Below, piece by piece: positions 1 to 9,133 of a stretch of 64,000 nt of DNA. The translations under genes and the position numbers were made by a program. The stretch is from Nitrospirota bacterium (GTDB lineage: Bacteria > Nitrospirota > UBA9217), in assembly GCA_963840455.1 (NCBI GenBank), contig CAWIYV010000009.1, forward strand, positions 128,001 to 192,000, given 5' to 3'. Each line of letters opens with the position of its first letter. Within the stretch, counting starts at the first letter, position 1. The notes under the pieces are model-generated. The model was not told the origin of the DNA and made no database searches. It was given only the letters and a program-made list of their open reading frames with translations.

Positions 1-14
1 TAATATTTCCAGAC

Positions 15-443
15 ATGAAAGCCCATACGATACCGCGCGGAGAAAAATATCGGACCCTGGGGATCAAGCTCACCCCGCAAAGGATCGCCATCCTTGACTA
101 CCTGGAGGGTAACCTGTCCCATCCCTCGGCCGAGGACGTGTACAAGGCGGTCTTGCGAAAATACCCGACCATGTCCTTCGCAACGATCTACAACACCCTG
201 GAAACGCTGAAGCGGAACGGCATGGTGGCGGAGCTCACAGGCGATCCGGGAAAAAAACGGTTCGATCCGAACCCCCGTCCTCACCACCACCTTATCTGCA
301 CGCGGTGCCGGCGGATCGTGGACGTCCGGGTGGAGTTCCGCCTGCCGGTCCCCGACCGGGACCGCGCCGGATTCGAGATCACGGGCAACCATATCGAGTT
401 CTTCGGGACCTGTCCCGCTTGTAAGAAGCGAACCTATTTATGA
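15..443 (+). CDS. perR: Fur-family transcriptional regulator, PerR-like
   Basis: TPQRIAIL..HPSAEDVY..SFATIYNTL winged helix, HHHLICTRC and C-terminal CPAC; heads a rubrerythrin/rubredoxin cluster. Confidence 0.85.
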   Translation: MKAHTIPRGEKYRTLGIKLTPQRIAILDYLEGNLSHPSAEDVYKAVLRKYPTMSFATIYNTLETLKRNGMVAELTGDPGKKRFDPNPRPHHHLICTRCRRIVDVRVEFRLPVPDRDRAGFEITGNHIEFFGTCPACKKRTYL

Positions 444-459
444 TCGGAGGAACAGAACC

Positions 460-897
460 ATGTGTATGGCTCATGAGAGAAATTGCGCGTGCGGATCTCG
501 GTCCGTGTCATTCCACTTCAAGGACAACATCATGCCCGAGCAGGTAATCAAGGGGCTCTATTGCCCGTCCTGTTCCAAGGACGTTACGCCGGACCCGACG
601 ACCATGGTCAGCGACAACGGCTGGATGATTCGGTATGACATGGAGGCGGCTAAGTTCGTGGGCGAGAAGCATATCAGGGGAGAGATCACGCCGTCGGTGC
701 TGTTCGACCAGGGGTACTGCACCTGGAACGGCGTCTATCCCGGCGACCACCTTGACAGTGTCCGGGAACGGGAGAAGATCATCGCCCTGGCGAAAACGGA
801 CCCCTTGGAATACCTCAAGCAGCTCAAGTCCTGGGCCGTCGAGAGAACGGAGAAATTAAAACATGAAGGCTGGAGAAAAGCAAAGAACGCAGCGTAA
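460..897 (+). CDS. Hypothetical Cys-containing (CxC, CxxC) protein
   Basis: GGAGG RBS, operonic with perR, codon usage like neighbours. Confidence 0.75.
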   Translation: MCMAHERNCACGSRSVSFHFKDNIMPEQVIKGLYCPSCSKDVTPDPTTMVSDNGWMIRYDMEAAKFVGEKHIRGEITPSVLFDQGYCTWNGVYPGDHLDSVREREKIIALAKTDPLEYLKQLKSWAVERTEKLKHEGWRKAKNAA

Positions 898-1054
898 GCA
901 GCCGGCGGCGTGCCTGGTGTCTGTCCCGGTGCTGATGACGATCGTGACGTGCCCGGCCTGCGGGACCGGCGTGGACCTCTGGACCGGCGAGGAGGAGATA
1001 CGCTGCTTCGCCTGCGACCATAGGATCTTCAAACAACAACGGTACGACCACTGA
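863..1054 (+). CDS. Small Zn-ribbon-like protein (start uncertain)
   Basis: CPAC...CFAC pair; fills the gap in the operon. Confidence 0.55.
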   Translation: MKAGEKQRTQRKQPAACLVSVPVLMTIVTCPACGTGVDLWTGEEEIRCFACDHRIFKQQRYDH

Positions 1055-1069
1055 TATTCGGGAGGAAGC

Positions 1070-1549
1070 ATGGATGTCACCATAGGGAAGGTCCCCGGCG
1101 GCCTAAGCGTTGACGGGCTCGAGCTTAAGAACGGCAAGTGCGGGTGCACGGCGGTGCTGCCCTGCTGTTACAGCTGGTCCAAGGTGAAGCGTAACGGAGA
1201 CAAGATCTCGTTCGCGGCCAAGGCCTCGGGCCCCGAGTCCAAGGACACCTTCGCCTGGGGCTTCACGGTCAAGAAGGGACAGTTCGAGGTCGAGGTCTTC
1301 TTCGAGGACGCCCGCGACAAGACCATCTTCTCCGGGTTTTATCCCCCAAGGATCGAGGATTTCCTGGCAAAGGGCTGGGAGCTGGTCAAGAAGGACGGCG
1401 AGCGCGAGGACTTCGGGTTGTGGCGCTGCGCAGCCTGTCGGTGGCTCTATAAGGAAAAAGACCAGAAGACGCCCTTCGAGAGCCTCCCGGACGACTGGAC
1501 GTGCCCGGTCTGCAAGGCCGGCAAGGCGTCATTCGAGCAGGTCGCGTGA
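1070..1549 (+). CDS. Protein with an unknown Cys-rich N-domain fused to a C-terminal rubredoxin
   Basis: C-terminal [20 protein letters not shown]; N-terminal CGC..CC; GGAGG RBS. Confidence 0.8.
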   Translation: MDVTIGKVPGGLSVDGLELKNGKCGCTAVLPCCYSWSKVKRNGDKISFAAKASGPESKDTFAWGFTVKKGQFEVEVFFEDARDKTIFSGFYPPRIEDFLAKGWELVKKDGEREDFGLWRCAACRWLYKEKDQKTPFESLPDDWTCPVCKAGKASFEQVA

Positions 1550-1716
1550 CTGCCAAAAGACGCTCATACATGAGCATAAGCAAGTCCGCGTCATTCTTCG
1601 TTAAACTGTCTTTCGGTTATTGACAGAGCTTGCGAGCGTTCAGCTTCATCGTACGAACAAGATAGCCAAAATCTGCTACAATACCAGGTATAAATCCGAT
1701 CGTGAAGGGAGACGCT

Positions 1717-1848
1717 ATGTGGCGATGTACGGTGTGCGGTTACGAGTATGACGAGGCAAAGGAAGGGACTCCCTTCGAGAAGCTTCCGGACGACTGGACC
1801 TGTCCGGTCTGCAACGCGCCGAAGTCGGAATTCGAAAAGGTGCGGTAA
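1717..1848 (+). CDS. Rubredoxin, short-loop type, 43 aa (absent from ORF track)
   Basis: Hand translation [43 protein letters not shown]; AAGGGAG RBS. Confidence 0.92.
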   Translation: MWRCTVCGYEYDEAKEGTPFEKLPDDWTCPVCNAPKSEFEKVR

Positions 1849-2026
1849 ACGTCACGAGTTCGGACAACGAAACGAAAAGGCATCTCTTGCAACCAAAGGC
1901 AGGCGCTTCTAAGCGAGGACGCAAAGGGTAGATCAAAATCTGCTGTTCTTTGCGAGCTTAGCGGCTTTGCACGAACCTCTTCCCCTGTTGAGAAGAATTT
2001 GATCCTGTACAAACCAAGGAGGCACT

Positions 2027-2524
2027 ATGTCCAAGACGGAACAGAACTTGAAGGATGCGTTCGCCGGGGAGTCCCAAGCGAACCGGAAGTACCTGGCCTA
2101 CGCCAAGAAGGCGGAGCAGGAGGGTAATAAACAGGCTGCAAAGCTCTTCCGCGCGGCCGCGGCGGCGGAGACCATCCACGCCCACAACCATCTGCGGGAG
2201 CTCGGCGTGGTGAAGTCCACGAAGGACAACCTGATGGACGCTATCAACGGCGAGTCCTACGAGTTCCAGAAGATGTATCCGCAAATGATCGCCGATGCAA
2301 AGGCGGAGAGCATCGCCGGTGCGCTCAGAAGCTTCAACTATGCCAACGAGGTCGAGAAGGTCCACGCGGCGCTCTATAAGAAGGCCCTGGAGAACCTCGG
2401 CAAGGGTGGTCCTGACATGGACTTCTATGTCTGCTCGGTCTGCGGCTACACTGCCGAAGGCGCGGCGCCGGACGTATGCCCGGTTTGCGGCGCAAAAAAA
2501 CAGGCCTTCATGAAAGCGGAATAA
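2027..2524 (+). CDS. rbr: Rubrerythrin
   Basis: NLKDAFAGESQANRKY, ETIHA, EKVHA diiron ligands; C-terminal CSVC..CPVC. Confidence 0.95.
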   Translation: MSKTEQNLKDAFAGESQANRKYLAYAKKAEQEGNKQAAKLFRAAAAAETIHAHNHLRELGVVKSTKDNLMDAINGESYEFQKMYPQMIADAKAESIAGALRSFNYANEVEKVHAALYKKALENLGKGGPDMDFYVCSVCGYTAEGAAPDVCPVCGAKKQAFMKAE

Positions 2525-2552
2525 GGATCACTGAACTGTGGTAGAATGACAG

Positions 2553-2583
2553 CGGCCGGTACGCGAGTGCCGGCCGTTTTTTT
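2553..2583 (+). terminator. Intrinsic terminator
   Basis: CGGCCGGTAC-GCGA-GTGCCGGCCG stem followed by a T run. Confidence 0.7.
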
Positions 2584-2610
2584 ATCTCTTCGGAAACGAG
2601 GTTCTCATCG

Positions 2611-3180
2611 ATGAAAGTCGTGGCATTCTTCGGCAGCCCCCGGATCCACGGGAACACCGAGCTCCTGCTCGAAGAGGCGCTCAAGCCAGCACGGGAGGCG
2701 GGATATGAGGTCGTCCCGTTCAAGCTGAACTACATGAACATCAAGCCCTGCCAGAACTGCGGCGGCTGCGAGAAAACAGGCATCTGCATCGTGAACGACG
2801 CCATGAAGGAGGTCTACGACGCCATCCGGGCGGCGGACCGCTTCATCCTCGCTTCGCCCATCTTCTTCTTCAGCCTGAGCGCGCAGTCGAAGGCGATGAT
2901 CGACCGGTGCCAGGCCTTCTGGTGCGATAAGTATCTCCTCAAGAGGACGATCCCGTCCGGCCCGAAGGGCAGGAAGGGGCTCCTGATCGTGGTGGGCGGC
3001 ATGAAGAAGGAGGACGGCATCCACTGCGCCGAGACCACGACGAAGGCGTTCTTCCGGACGATCAGCGTTCCCGAACACGAGACCGTGAGCTTCCTGGGCG
3101 TCGACGCAAAGGGCGATATCTTGAACCATCCCACGGCGATGAAGGACGTGTATGAGGCGGGAAAGCGGCTGATCGGATAG
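2611..3180 (+). CDS. Iron-sulfur flavoprotein / NADPH-dependent FMN reductase family
   Basis: GSPRIHGNT FMN motif, CxxCxxCxxxxxC, ASPIFF. Confidence 0.9.
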   Translation: MKVVAFFGSPRIHGNTELLLEEALKPAREAGYEVVPFKLNYMNIKPCQNCGGCEKTGICIVNDAMKEVYDAIRAADRFILASPIFFFSLSAQSKAMIDRCQAFWCDKYLLKRTIPSGPKGRKGLLIVVGGMKKEDGIHCAETTTKAFFRTISVPEHETVSFLGVDAKGDILNHPTAMKDVYEAGKRLIG

Positions 3181-3318
3181 AAGACATTGGTTCAAGCGGA
3201 TGATCCGCTTGCCCTCAGATTAGATCACGAACTTACGATCAGCCGCAAAAAACTCAAACATTCATTGGTAAGAATTACGACAAAAGGGATTCATTTTTTG
3301 CATATCCCCTTCGCGTCC

Positions 3319-3391
3319 TGAATCCAGGAGCAAGCGTATAGCGAGCGATTAGAATAACATCTTCCTTGAGGATCGGAGCTCCGCAGGGAGC
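3319..3391. repeat. Double-hairpin repeat family copy with both hairpins deleted
   Basis: TGAATCCAGGAGC...TAGCGAGCGATTAGAATAA...TTGAGGATCG...GGGAGC matches the other copies. Confidence 0.75.
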
Positions 3392-3641
3392 GACAATGAA
3401 TTTCCTGACCCGTCTAAGGCCACGTCCGCTCGCCCGCGCAAACTCGGCCTGCGGCCTCAGACATGCGCGTTTAAGCTCCCAGAAGATTACGGCATGGAGC
3501 TTCGTTCCTTAAGGAAGAGTAATTATCTTACTCGCTCGCTATTCCCTATAAACATCAGGGAATGCGCTCGCTTCTGGAATCGCCCTGCGGGACGCTTCTT
3601 TAGGCCAAGACGGGTGCCCAGGAAACTCATAGGGCCGCTCC
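3387..3641. repeat. Long imperfect inverted-repeat element interrupted by a double-hairpin repeat
   Basis: ATGAATTTCCTG-ACCCGTCT-AAGGCC pairs with GGCC-AAGACGGGT-..CAGGAAACTCAT. Confidence 0.6.
3470..3581. repeat. Double-hairpin repeat family copy, reverse orientation, diverged
   Basis: TTTAAGCTCCC...GGAGCTTCG..CCTTAAGG...CGCTCGCTA...GGGAATGCGCTCGCTTCTGGAATC is the reverse complement of the family consensus. Confidence 0.75.
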
Positions 3642-3720
3642 GGAGACATGCGGGTTTGGGTAAAGGTCGTTGCATCTTCCTTTCCATAAGCCCCTGAATC
3701 CCATGTTTTGAAGATGACCT

Positions 3721-3759
3721 AAAAAAAGAAGGCCATCCCGCATTCGCGGAATGGCCTTC
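3721..3759 (-). terminator. Intrinsic terminator of the ACT-domain gene
   Basis: GAAGGCCAT..ATGGCCTTC stem with A7 on the + strand (U run on -). Confidence 0.75.
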
Positions 3760-3778
3760 AGGTAATTCAGTGGTAGTG

Positions 3779-4300
3779 TTATCCCTTTTGCAAGATTTTG
3801 ATGGCTTTCTTGTCGTCTGCGGTCCTGATCACGCAGCTTGCCATCTTCCCGGTGCTGGTCGTGGAATAGAAATAGTAGATCATGATCCCGGCGTCCGCAA
3901 TGAGCTTCGCGATCCTCTCCAGCGCCCCCACCTTGTTCTCCGTTTCCACCAGGATGACCGAGGAGTCCTGGATCTCGTCAGCACCGATCCTGTCCAGCGC
4001 CCGCTCCGCTTTCACCAGGTCGTCCACGATCAGCGTAAAGATCGCCTTCTGGCGCGGCCCGCTTGCCGAATAGCCGGTCCCGGCCAGGATATTCACGTTC
4101 TCCGCAGCGAGGGCCGCAGCGACCTTCGCGGTCAATCCCACGCTGTCCACAAAGGTCGCCATGATCTCCATGGCCGGCCGCGCCGTGAACTTGGGCGCTG
4201 CCGCCTTGTGACCGACCGGCGCCGCTTTTTTCGCTACCAGCCGCCGTGCAACCGCCTTCTTCACTATCTTCTTTGCCGCCTTTTTCTTCGCTTTCGCCAT
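3779..4300 (-). CDS. Tandem ACT-domain protein with Lys/Ala-rich N-terminal tail
   Basis: DSVGLTAKVAAALAAENVNI and NKVGALERIAKLIADAGIMI ACT repeats; AGGAG RBS before ATG at 4300. Confidence 0.8.
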   Translation of the reverse strand: MAKAKKKAAKKIVKKAVARRLVAKKAAPVGHKAAAPKFTARPAMEIMATFVDSVGLTAKVAAALAAENVNILAGTGYSASGPRQKAIFTLIVDDLVKAERALDRIGADEIQDSSVILVETENKVGALERIAKLIADAGIMIYYFYSTTSTGKMASCVIRTADDKKAIKILQKG

Positions 4301-4372
4301 GGAGTGTCTCCTTGAACGGTATTCCTCCCATCGGGGAGGGAGTATAAGCTGGCCGCGGATCCTGCTGCCGCA

Positions 4373-4487
4373 TGAATCCAGGAGCGAGCGCATTCCCCGC
4401 AGTTTGCTGCGGGTTAGCGAGCGATCAGGATACATAAGCTACCTTGAGGATCGAAGATCCCCTGCAGCTTACTGCAGGGAACTTCAA
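4373..4487. repeat. Double-hairpin repeat family, full copy
   Basis: TGAATCCAGGAGCGAGCGCATTCCCCGCAG-TTTG-CTGCGGG...CCCTGCAG-CTTA-CTGCAGGGAACTTCAA. Confidence 0.9.
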
Positions 4488-4555
4488 CTGCCGCTACTGT
4501 ACCATAAAATACCGGTGCAGGACAAGCGCCATTCCGGGCGCTTTTTTATGTTCTT

Positions 4556-5348
4556 TTACCGGATATGCCATGCGCCGACAGTCAGGTCCTTTGAAAATGA
4601 TCGGGAGCCTTTGTTGATCGGCGCGATGTTCCAGGTCCAGGACGCATCCGGTCGGGGCAGCTCGAGCCCATATACCGTTGACCCTCTGCTGATCACCATT
4701 CCGTCGCTCTCGCGCTTCACGAACTCATGGTCCGCTACCAGGCAGACGTCGCAGGACAAAGAACGCAGCAACGCGTAATGAGCTGCTACGATCCGGCCGC
4801 ACCATTCATCGACGGCATATTCGTCCAGTCCCCGCATCCGCTGGGAGGCATAGGCGCGAGGCACGACCCAGAGCTGCGAAAGGATGTTCAGGGATACCAC
4901 CAGGCCTGCGTCGCGAACTACTGCGGGAAGGGACGGCTCTGACTCCGGGAGTTCAGGAAGGGCTCTCTGCCCGTTGCGAAAAAGGTCCTCGGCAATGCCG
5001 GTCACGTCGTATTCGACGAACCTTACATTATTATACTGTCTGATCAGCTTTCCGATCATCGGGCAGGCAGACCACATCCAACAGGATGACCTCCGTGGAA
5101 CATCGATGCAGCTCAGCGAGCGGGACGTCAAGCAGGAGCCCGGAGCCAAGGATAACGGCCTTGTTCCGGTTCCGGCACTTTTCTGCAGAAGACAGGATGA
5201 ACCTGCACGTGTTGTCGAGATGGGGCTGCCAGGCAGCCGTGTTGTACCGTGACCTGCCGCGCATTTCGATAGCTTCATTAAGATAGCCCATGCGGCGGAT
5301 GAAGGAGGAGCAGGGGGTTGTGATATAGGTGAAGAGATCAAGAAGCAT
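4556..5348 (-). pseudogene. Frameshifted hypothetical protein, SAM-binding-like (ILGSG)
   Basis: N-half MLLDLFTY..VILGSGLLLDVPL in one frame, C-half LIRQYNNVRFVEYDVTG in another; break near 5055. Confidence 0.6.
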
Positions 5349-5376
5349 AGCGGTCCATTGCGGGTATATGAACGTA

Positions 5377-5775
5377 TCAATTATTTTGTCTTCGTGCCAA
5401 CAGGAACGGCATGAGAGCATACACGATGAGCAGTACGTAATAGACCGTTCCCGATATTGGGTCGCGGCTGGAGAAGTATTCACTGATCGAGTATCCCTGC
5501 AGGGGGCCGACAAGGGAAATCTCTGCGGTCAATAGGAGGGCAAGCGCGAGAAAGCCCATGCCAAGCCGGCTTGATGCAGTGGATGGCACCGCAAGACGCC
5601 GGACCAGCCATCGCGACGCGACGATGATGACCGCGAGCATGATGGGCATTTCCAGCAGTTCGGCGATGCGTGTGCCTACGCGAGGGACGACCCAGAGCGT
5701 GCGAATGGGCCCGAGCACAAAGCCTGCCCCGAATACGAGCGCGAAGTAGAGTATCCCTGCTTTTAAGATCTTCAT
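5377..5775 (-). CDS. Hypothetical membrane protein
   Basis: MKILKAGILYFALVF start with ATGA overlap on the upstream stop; about four hydrophobic segments. Confidence 0.7.
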   Translation of the reverse strand: MKILKAGILYFALVFGAGFVLGPIRTLWVVPRVGTRIAELLEMPIMLAVIIVASRWLVRRLAVPSTASSRLGMGFLALALLLTAEISLVGPLQGYSISEYFSSRDPISGTVYYVLLIVYALMPFLLARRQNN

Positions 5776-6192
5776 GCCTGTCTGTCGCCGTCCAGTTCCA
5801 TGATGTCCTTTAATTTCGTCAGGTCGCGCAGAACCCAGTTCGGCATCTTCCTGGAACTTCTGCTCGGTCATAGCGGGTTGACGGAAGAGGGTGAGTATCA
5901 GCTCGCTCCCGCTTCCGTTCGGGATGACGCGCAGGGGAACGTAGATCACCGCTCCCGTAGGTAGAGTGACGTAATGATCGAGCACGCCGAGGTCGTTCTG
6001 CGGAGTAAAGCGGACCTTCACCGGCCCATTCGGTGTCTCTGCCACCCATTCTCCGTTGACGTTCTTGATGGATGTGCCGAGGCCTGATGCCCAGCGGAGG
6101 AGGTTCGCTGGGTCAGACGCAAAGTCATAGACTTCCCGGGAAGGGCGGTTTATGGACACACTGATAATGCGTGCTACGAGAAGAGGGGGCAT
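5772..6192 (-). pseudogene. SRPBCC (polyketide cyclase-like) protein with a 1-bp insertion near 5838
   Basis: SVSINRPSREVYDFASDPANLLRWASG; removing one base restores EDAEWVLRDLTKLK..QA-stop at 5772. Confidence 0.7.
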
Positions 6193-6256
6193 TTATTATG
6201 TTATGTGACTGATGTTGGGCTGCTCCGTTTCAACGGCCCGAACAGTTTCTTGAACA

Positions 6257-6612
6257 TTATGAGACAGTATCAACACGCTTTGCATTGCTGAAGAGTTGTT
6301 CCGCCGGGCACCCGAGTTCACGCTGTTTGCAGTATTTGCAGGCAAGCTGTCCTCTCACAAGACTAGTGCCCGCCGAACCGAGAAATATCAGTGTTACGAT
6401 AGGAAACAGCGCAGGCCACGAGAAACTCCTTATCGACAGCTTCCTGCGAAGACCCGCCATTCCATCCAAACGCAGTAAGCGGCGTACATCAGCCCCCACA
6501 CGATTCCCAGGCGCGCCATCAGGTAGAGGCCGATCGCATAGATAGCCAGACCGACTGTGTTTGTGATCACGACCATCCACCACGGGAAGTTCTCGAATGA
6601 CGATGTTTTCAT
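6257..6612 (-). pseudogene. Disrupted membrane protein with C-terminal CxxC..C
   Basis: Hydrophobic N-part ends in a stop at 6430; C-part (FSWPALF..CKYCKQRELGCPA) is in another frame. Confidence 0.5.
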
Positions 6613-6707
6613 GGCCCCACCTCACTTCTTCCGATATATTTATCTATATATCTCGAGTGTCCTTCGATGCTCTTAGGTCCTTAGCAGAAGCCCTGATATA
6701 TCATTGA

Positions 6708-7109
6708 TCACTTGCACTGCGAGTACTCCACACCGGCGGCGACGATAATGGGATAGCCGCTGCTGTTGCACTTCACGGCCGTCCTCACGAGCCCCAGCTC
6801 GCCATTGCCTTCGGACATATACAGTTCACCCTTGGCCGATTTCCAGCGGCCGTTGCTGCGGGAATCTTTCTGGCTGGCAAAGCTCCCGGACTTGCTGCTC
6901 GTGGAGCCCTCTGCCCGGCCGCCGGTGCTGTAAGTGCCGTTCTTGCTGAATCGCACCCGCGTGGTGTTCGAGTAGCCGGTTGTCTTGTTGTAGGAGAAGG
7001 TGCACCACGCGCTGGACAGGAGCAGTTCGTTCGAGACGCCGCCTGCATGGACCGGCAGAGAAATGGCGAAACAGGCGGCAATGATATATGCGATGGTCAC
7101 TTTGCACAT
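6708..7109 (-). CDS. Hypothetical secreted protein
   Basis: Signal peptide ending VHA; GGGAG RBS. Confidence 0.65.
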   Translation of the reverse strand: MCKVTIAYIIAACFAISLPVHAGGVSNELLLSSAWCTFSYNKTTGYSNTTRVRFSKNGTYSTGGRAEGSTSSKSGSFASQKDSRSNGRWKSAKGELYMSEGNGELGLVRTAVKCNSSGYPIIVAAGVEYSQCK

Positions 7110-7142
7110 GGCCTTCTCCCTTGGTACGCACAGTGGAGTGCC

Positions 7143-7222
7143 GTCATTGCGAGGAGCGCAGCAACGAAGCGATCTGTTTTTTGATGCGAGATTGCCACGC
7201 TTCCTTTGGTCGCTCGCAATGA
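7143..7222. repeat. REPIN-like palindromic element
   Basis: GTCATTGCGAG..CGAAGCGATCT ... GAGATTGCCACG..CTCGCAATGA, inverted arms. Confidence 0.75.
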
Positions 7223-7260
7223 TCGTACAGCGATATTCCGTGAGTCGAGAACCAGTCCTA

Positions 7261-7785
7261 TTATAATCCCTTCAAGTATTGCTCCACGACATTCGCCCAC
7301 GCCTCGTATCCCTTGCTTGCTAGGTGCACGCCGTCGTCGGACAGGAGCCCTGGCTTCGGGTTTCCGTTATCATCCGTGAATGCGCTGTACACGTCGAGGT
7401 ATTCCACATTGTGTTCCCGCGCTACCGCCGCGAGATGGCGGTTGATCGTCCTGATGGTGTCGTTCTTGATCCACGGCATGTCAACAGGCAGAAGGCTCTG
7501 GACCACGATCGTCGCGCCCTTGTACCAGGTCGTCAGGTTCCGCACGAACTCTGCATAGGGCCTCGTGACATCGTATCGCTCCGACAGGATGTTGTTGATG
7601 CCGGTCATGAGGAAGATGATGTCCGGCGACTCGACGCGGGAGCGGATGTGGTCGCGCCGGTCGAGCAGTTCCTCGACGGTCTCGCCCGAGATGCCGAGGT
7701 TCAGGACACGGTAGGCCGGGAACCGCTCCTGCCAGTCGTACCATTCGGTCAGGGAATCGCCGATGAAGACAAGGTGCTTTTTCAT
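7261..7785 (-). CDS. SGNH/GDSL hydrolase
   Basis: FIGDSLT, NLGISG, GINN, DGVH blocks. Confidence 0.92.
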   Translation of the reverse strand: MKKHLVFIGDSLTEWYDWQERFPAYRVLNLGISGETVEELLDRRDHIRSRVESPDIIFLMTGINNILSERYDVTRPYAEFVRNLTTWYKGATIVVQSLLPVDMPWIKNDTIRTINRHLAAVAREHNVEYLDVYSAFTDDNGNPKPGLLSDDGVHLASKGYEAWANVVEQYLKGL

Positions 7786-7818
7786 ATCAGTTCAATAAAC
7801 GCAAGTCAAGACCATGGA

Positions 7819-7898
7819 ACCGCGAAGGCGCGAAGGCCGCGAAGTTTAATTCTTAATAAACGGCTTAGATTTCCTCGCGTTCTTTGCGTCCTCGCGGT
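7819..7898. repeat. Short-period inverted repeat, empty element
   Basis: ACCGCGAAGGCGCGAAGGCCGCGAAG ... CCTCGCGTTCTTTGCGTCCTCGCGGT. Confidence 0.7.
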
Positions 7899-8023
7899 AA
7901 GAATGCTTTTGTCTTTCCTCTGATCTTCTTTCCTGTTTTTCAAGTCTAAGCCAAAGATGTCATGGAGTCAAGCATATGGATGGTCGTTGACAGCAGCTCC
8001 TCTGCCATGCTACGCTCTTCTGC

Positions 8024-8890
8024 ATGGACACGCCTTCCTATCTCCGCATGGTGGTCACGAAACTCTCCCGCGAGATCGGCGTCCGGTCCTACCAGGACTT
8101 TGATCGGCTGGAGAAGACCGTCAAGTACCTCTCCGCTGAGCTGTCTTCCTTCGGCTACCAGGTTTCCACGCAGTCCTTCACGTTCGCGGGCCATACGTAC
8201 CAGAACGTCATCGCCGAGCTGAAGGGAACGAAGTCGCCCGGGCCGGTGCTCGTGGTGGGCGCGCACTACGACACGGTGCGGACCACATCGGGCGCCGACG
8301 ACAACGCCAGCGGCGTGGCAGGTCTGTTGGGCCTGGCGCAGCTGTTCGCGAACAGGCCGCTGGAGAAGACCGTACGGTTCGTCGCATTCCCCCTCGAGGA
8401 GCCGCCCGCCTACCGGTCGAAGAACATGGGAAGCTACCACTACGCCGCAAGCCTCAAGAAGGCGCGCGAGCAGGTGGAGGGAATGATCTGCCTCGAGATG
8501 ATCGGGTTCTTCAGCGACCGGCCGGGCTCGCAGCACTATCCCATCCCGTTCATGAACCTCAAGTTCCCGAAGGCCGGCAACTACATCGCCATGGTGGGGA
8601 ACCGGAAGTCCAGGAAGTTCACCATGCAGATGGCCGGGGGCTTCATGATGGCCACCGACCTGCCGCTGGTGACGCTGAACGCACCCGCCATCGTTGTGGG
8701 CATCGACTTTTCGGACCACTGGTCCTTCGGAAAGTTCGGCTATCCCGCTTTCATGGTCACGGACACGGCCTTCTACCGGAACCCTAACTACCACTCGCCG
8801 TCGGACCTCCCAGACACCCTGGATTACAACCGCATGACAAAGGTCGTCGAAGGCCTGAAGGCAGCGGTTGAGTTGTGGGGAAGAGGCTGA
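8024..8890 (+). CDS. M28 family peptidase
   Basis: VGAHYDT, GADDNASG, EEPP, LEMIG, SDH, YHSPSD. Confidence 0.92.
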   Translation: MDTPSYLRMVVTKLSREIGVRSYQDFDRLEKTVKYLSAELSSFGYQVSTQSFTFAGHTYQNVIAELKGTKSPGPVLVVGAHYDTVRTTSGADDNASGVAGLLGLAQLFANRPLEKTVRFVAFPLEEPPAYRSKNMGSYHYAASLKKAREQVEGMICLEMIGFFSDRPGSQHYPIPFMNLKFPKAGNYIAMVGNRKSRKFTMQMAGGFMMATDLPLVTLNAPAIVVGIDFSDHWSFGKFGYPAFMVTDTAFYRNPNYHSPSDLPDTLDYNRMTKVVEGLKAAVELWGRG

Positions 8891-8973
8891 CGCGAGGACA
8901 AGGAGACAAGGGGACACTGATGTTTCATTACCACTTGCCATTAAATGTCTTCTATACCAGTTCGCTGTTTTCC

Positions 8974-9037
8974 CTCAGCGTACTCTGCGTCCTCTGCGGT
9001 AAAAAGATTCTCTTTGTGCTGCTGCGTCTCTGTGGCT
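8974..9037. repeat. Right-hand halves of short-period repeats
   Basis: CTCAGCGTACTCTGCGTCCTCTGCGGT and CTGCGTCTCTGTGG resemble the arms at 48525-48610 and 13440-13464. Confidence 0.6.
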
Positions 9038-9053
9038 CCCCAGAAATCCGCAA

Positions 9054-9082
9054 TTGACATAGATTCCCCTCCATTGTATCCT
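9054..9082 (+). promoter_or_regulatory. sigma70-type promoter
   Basis: TTGACA-N17-TATCCT about 50 bp upstream of ATG 9134. Confidence 0.6.
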
Positions 9083-9133
9083 ATCTCTGTCGCAGCCCTC
9101 CTTTTCGAAAAAAATCATGCCGGCGAGGTCCCG

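Noticed and set aside
5377-6192. SRPBCC-membrane fusion protein of 271 aa
   Set aside because: One extra base explains it; the repaired frame ends in a family-typical C-terminus with an ATGA overlap
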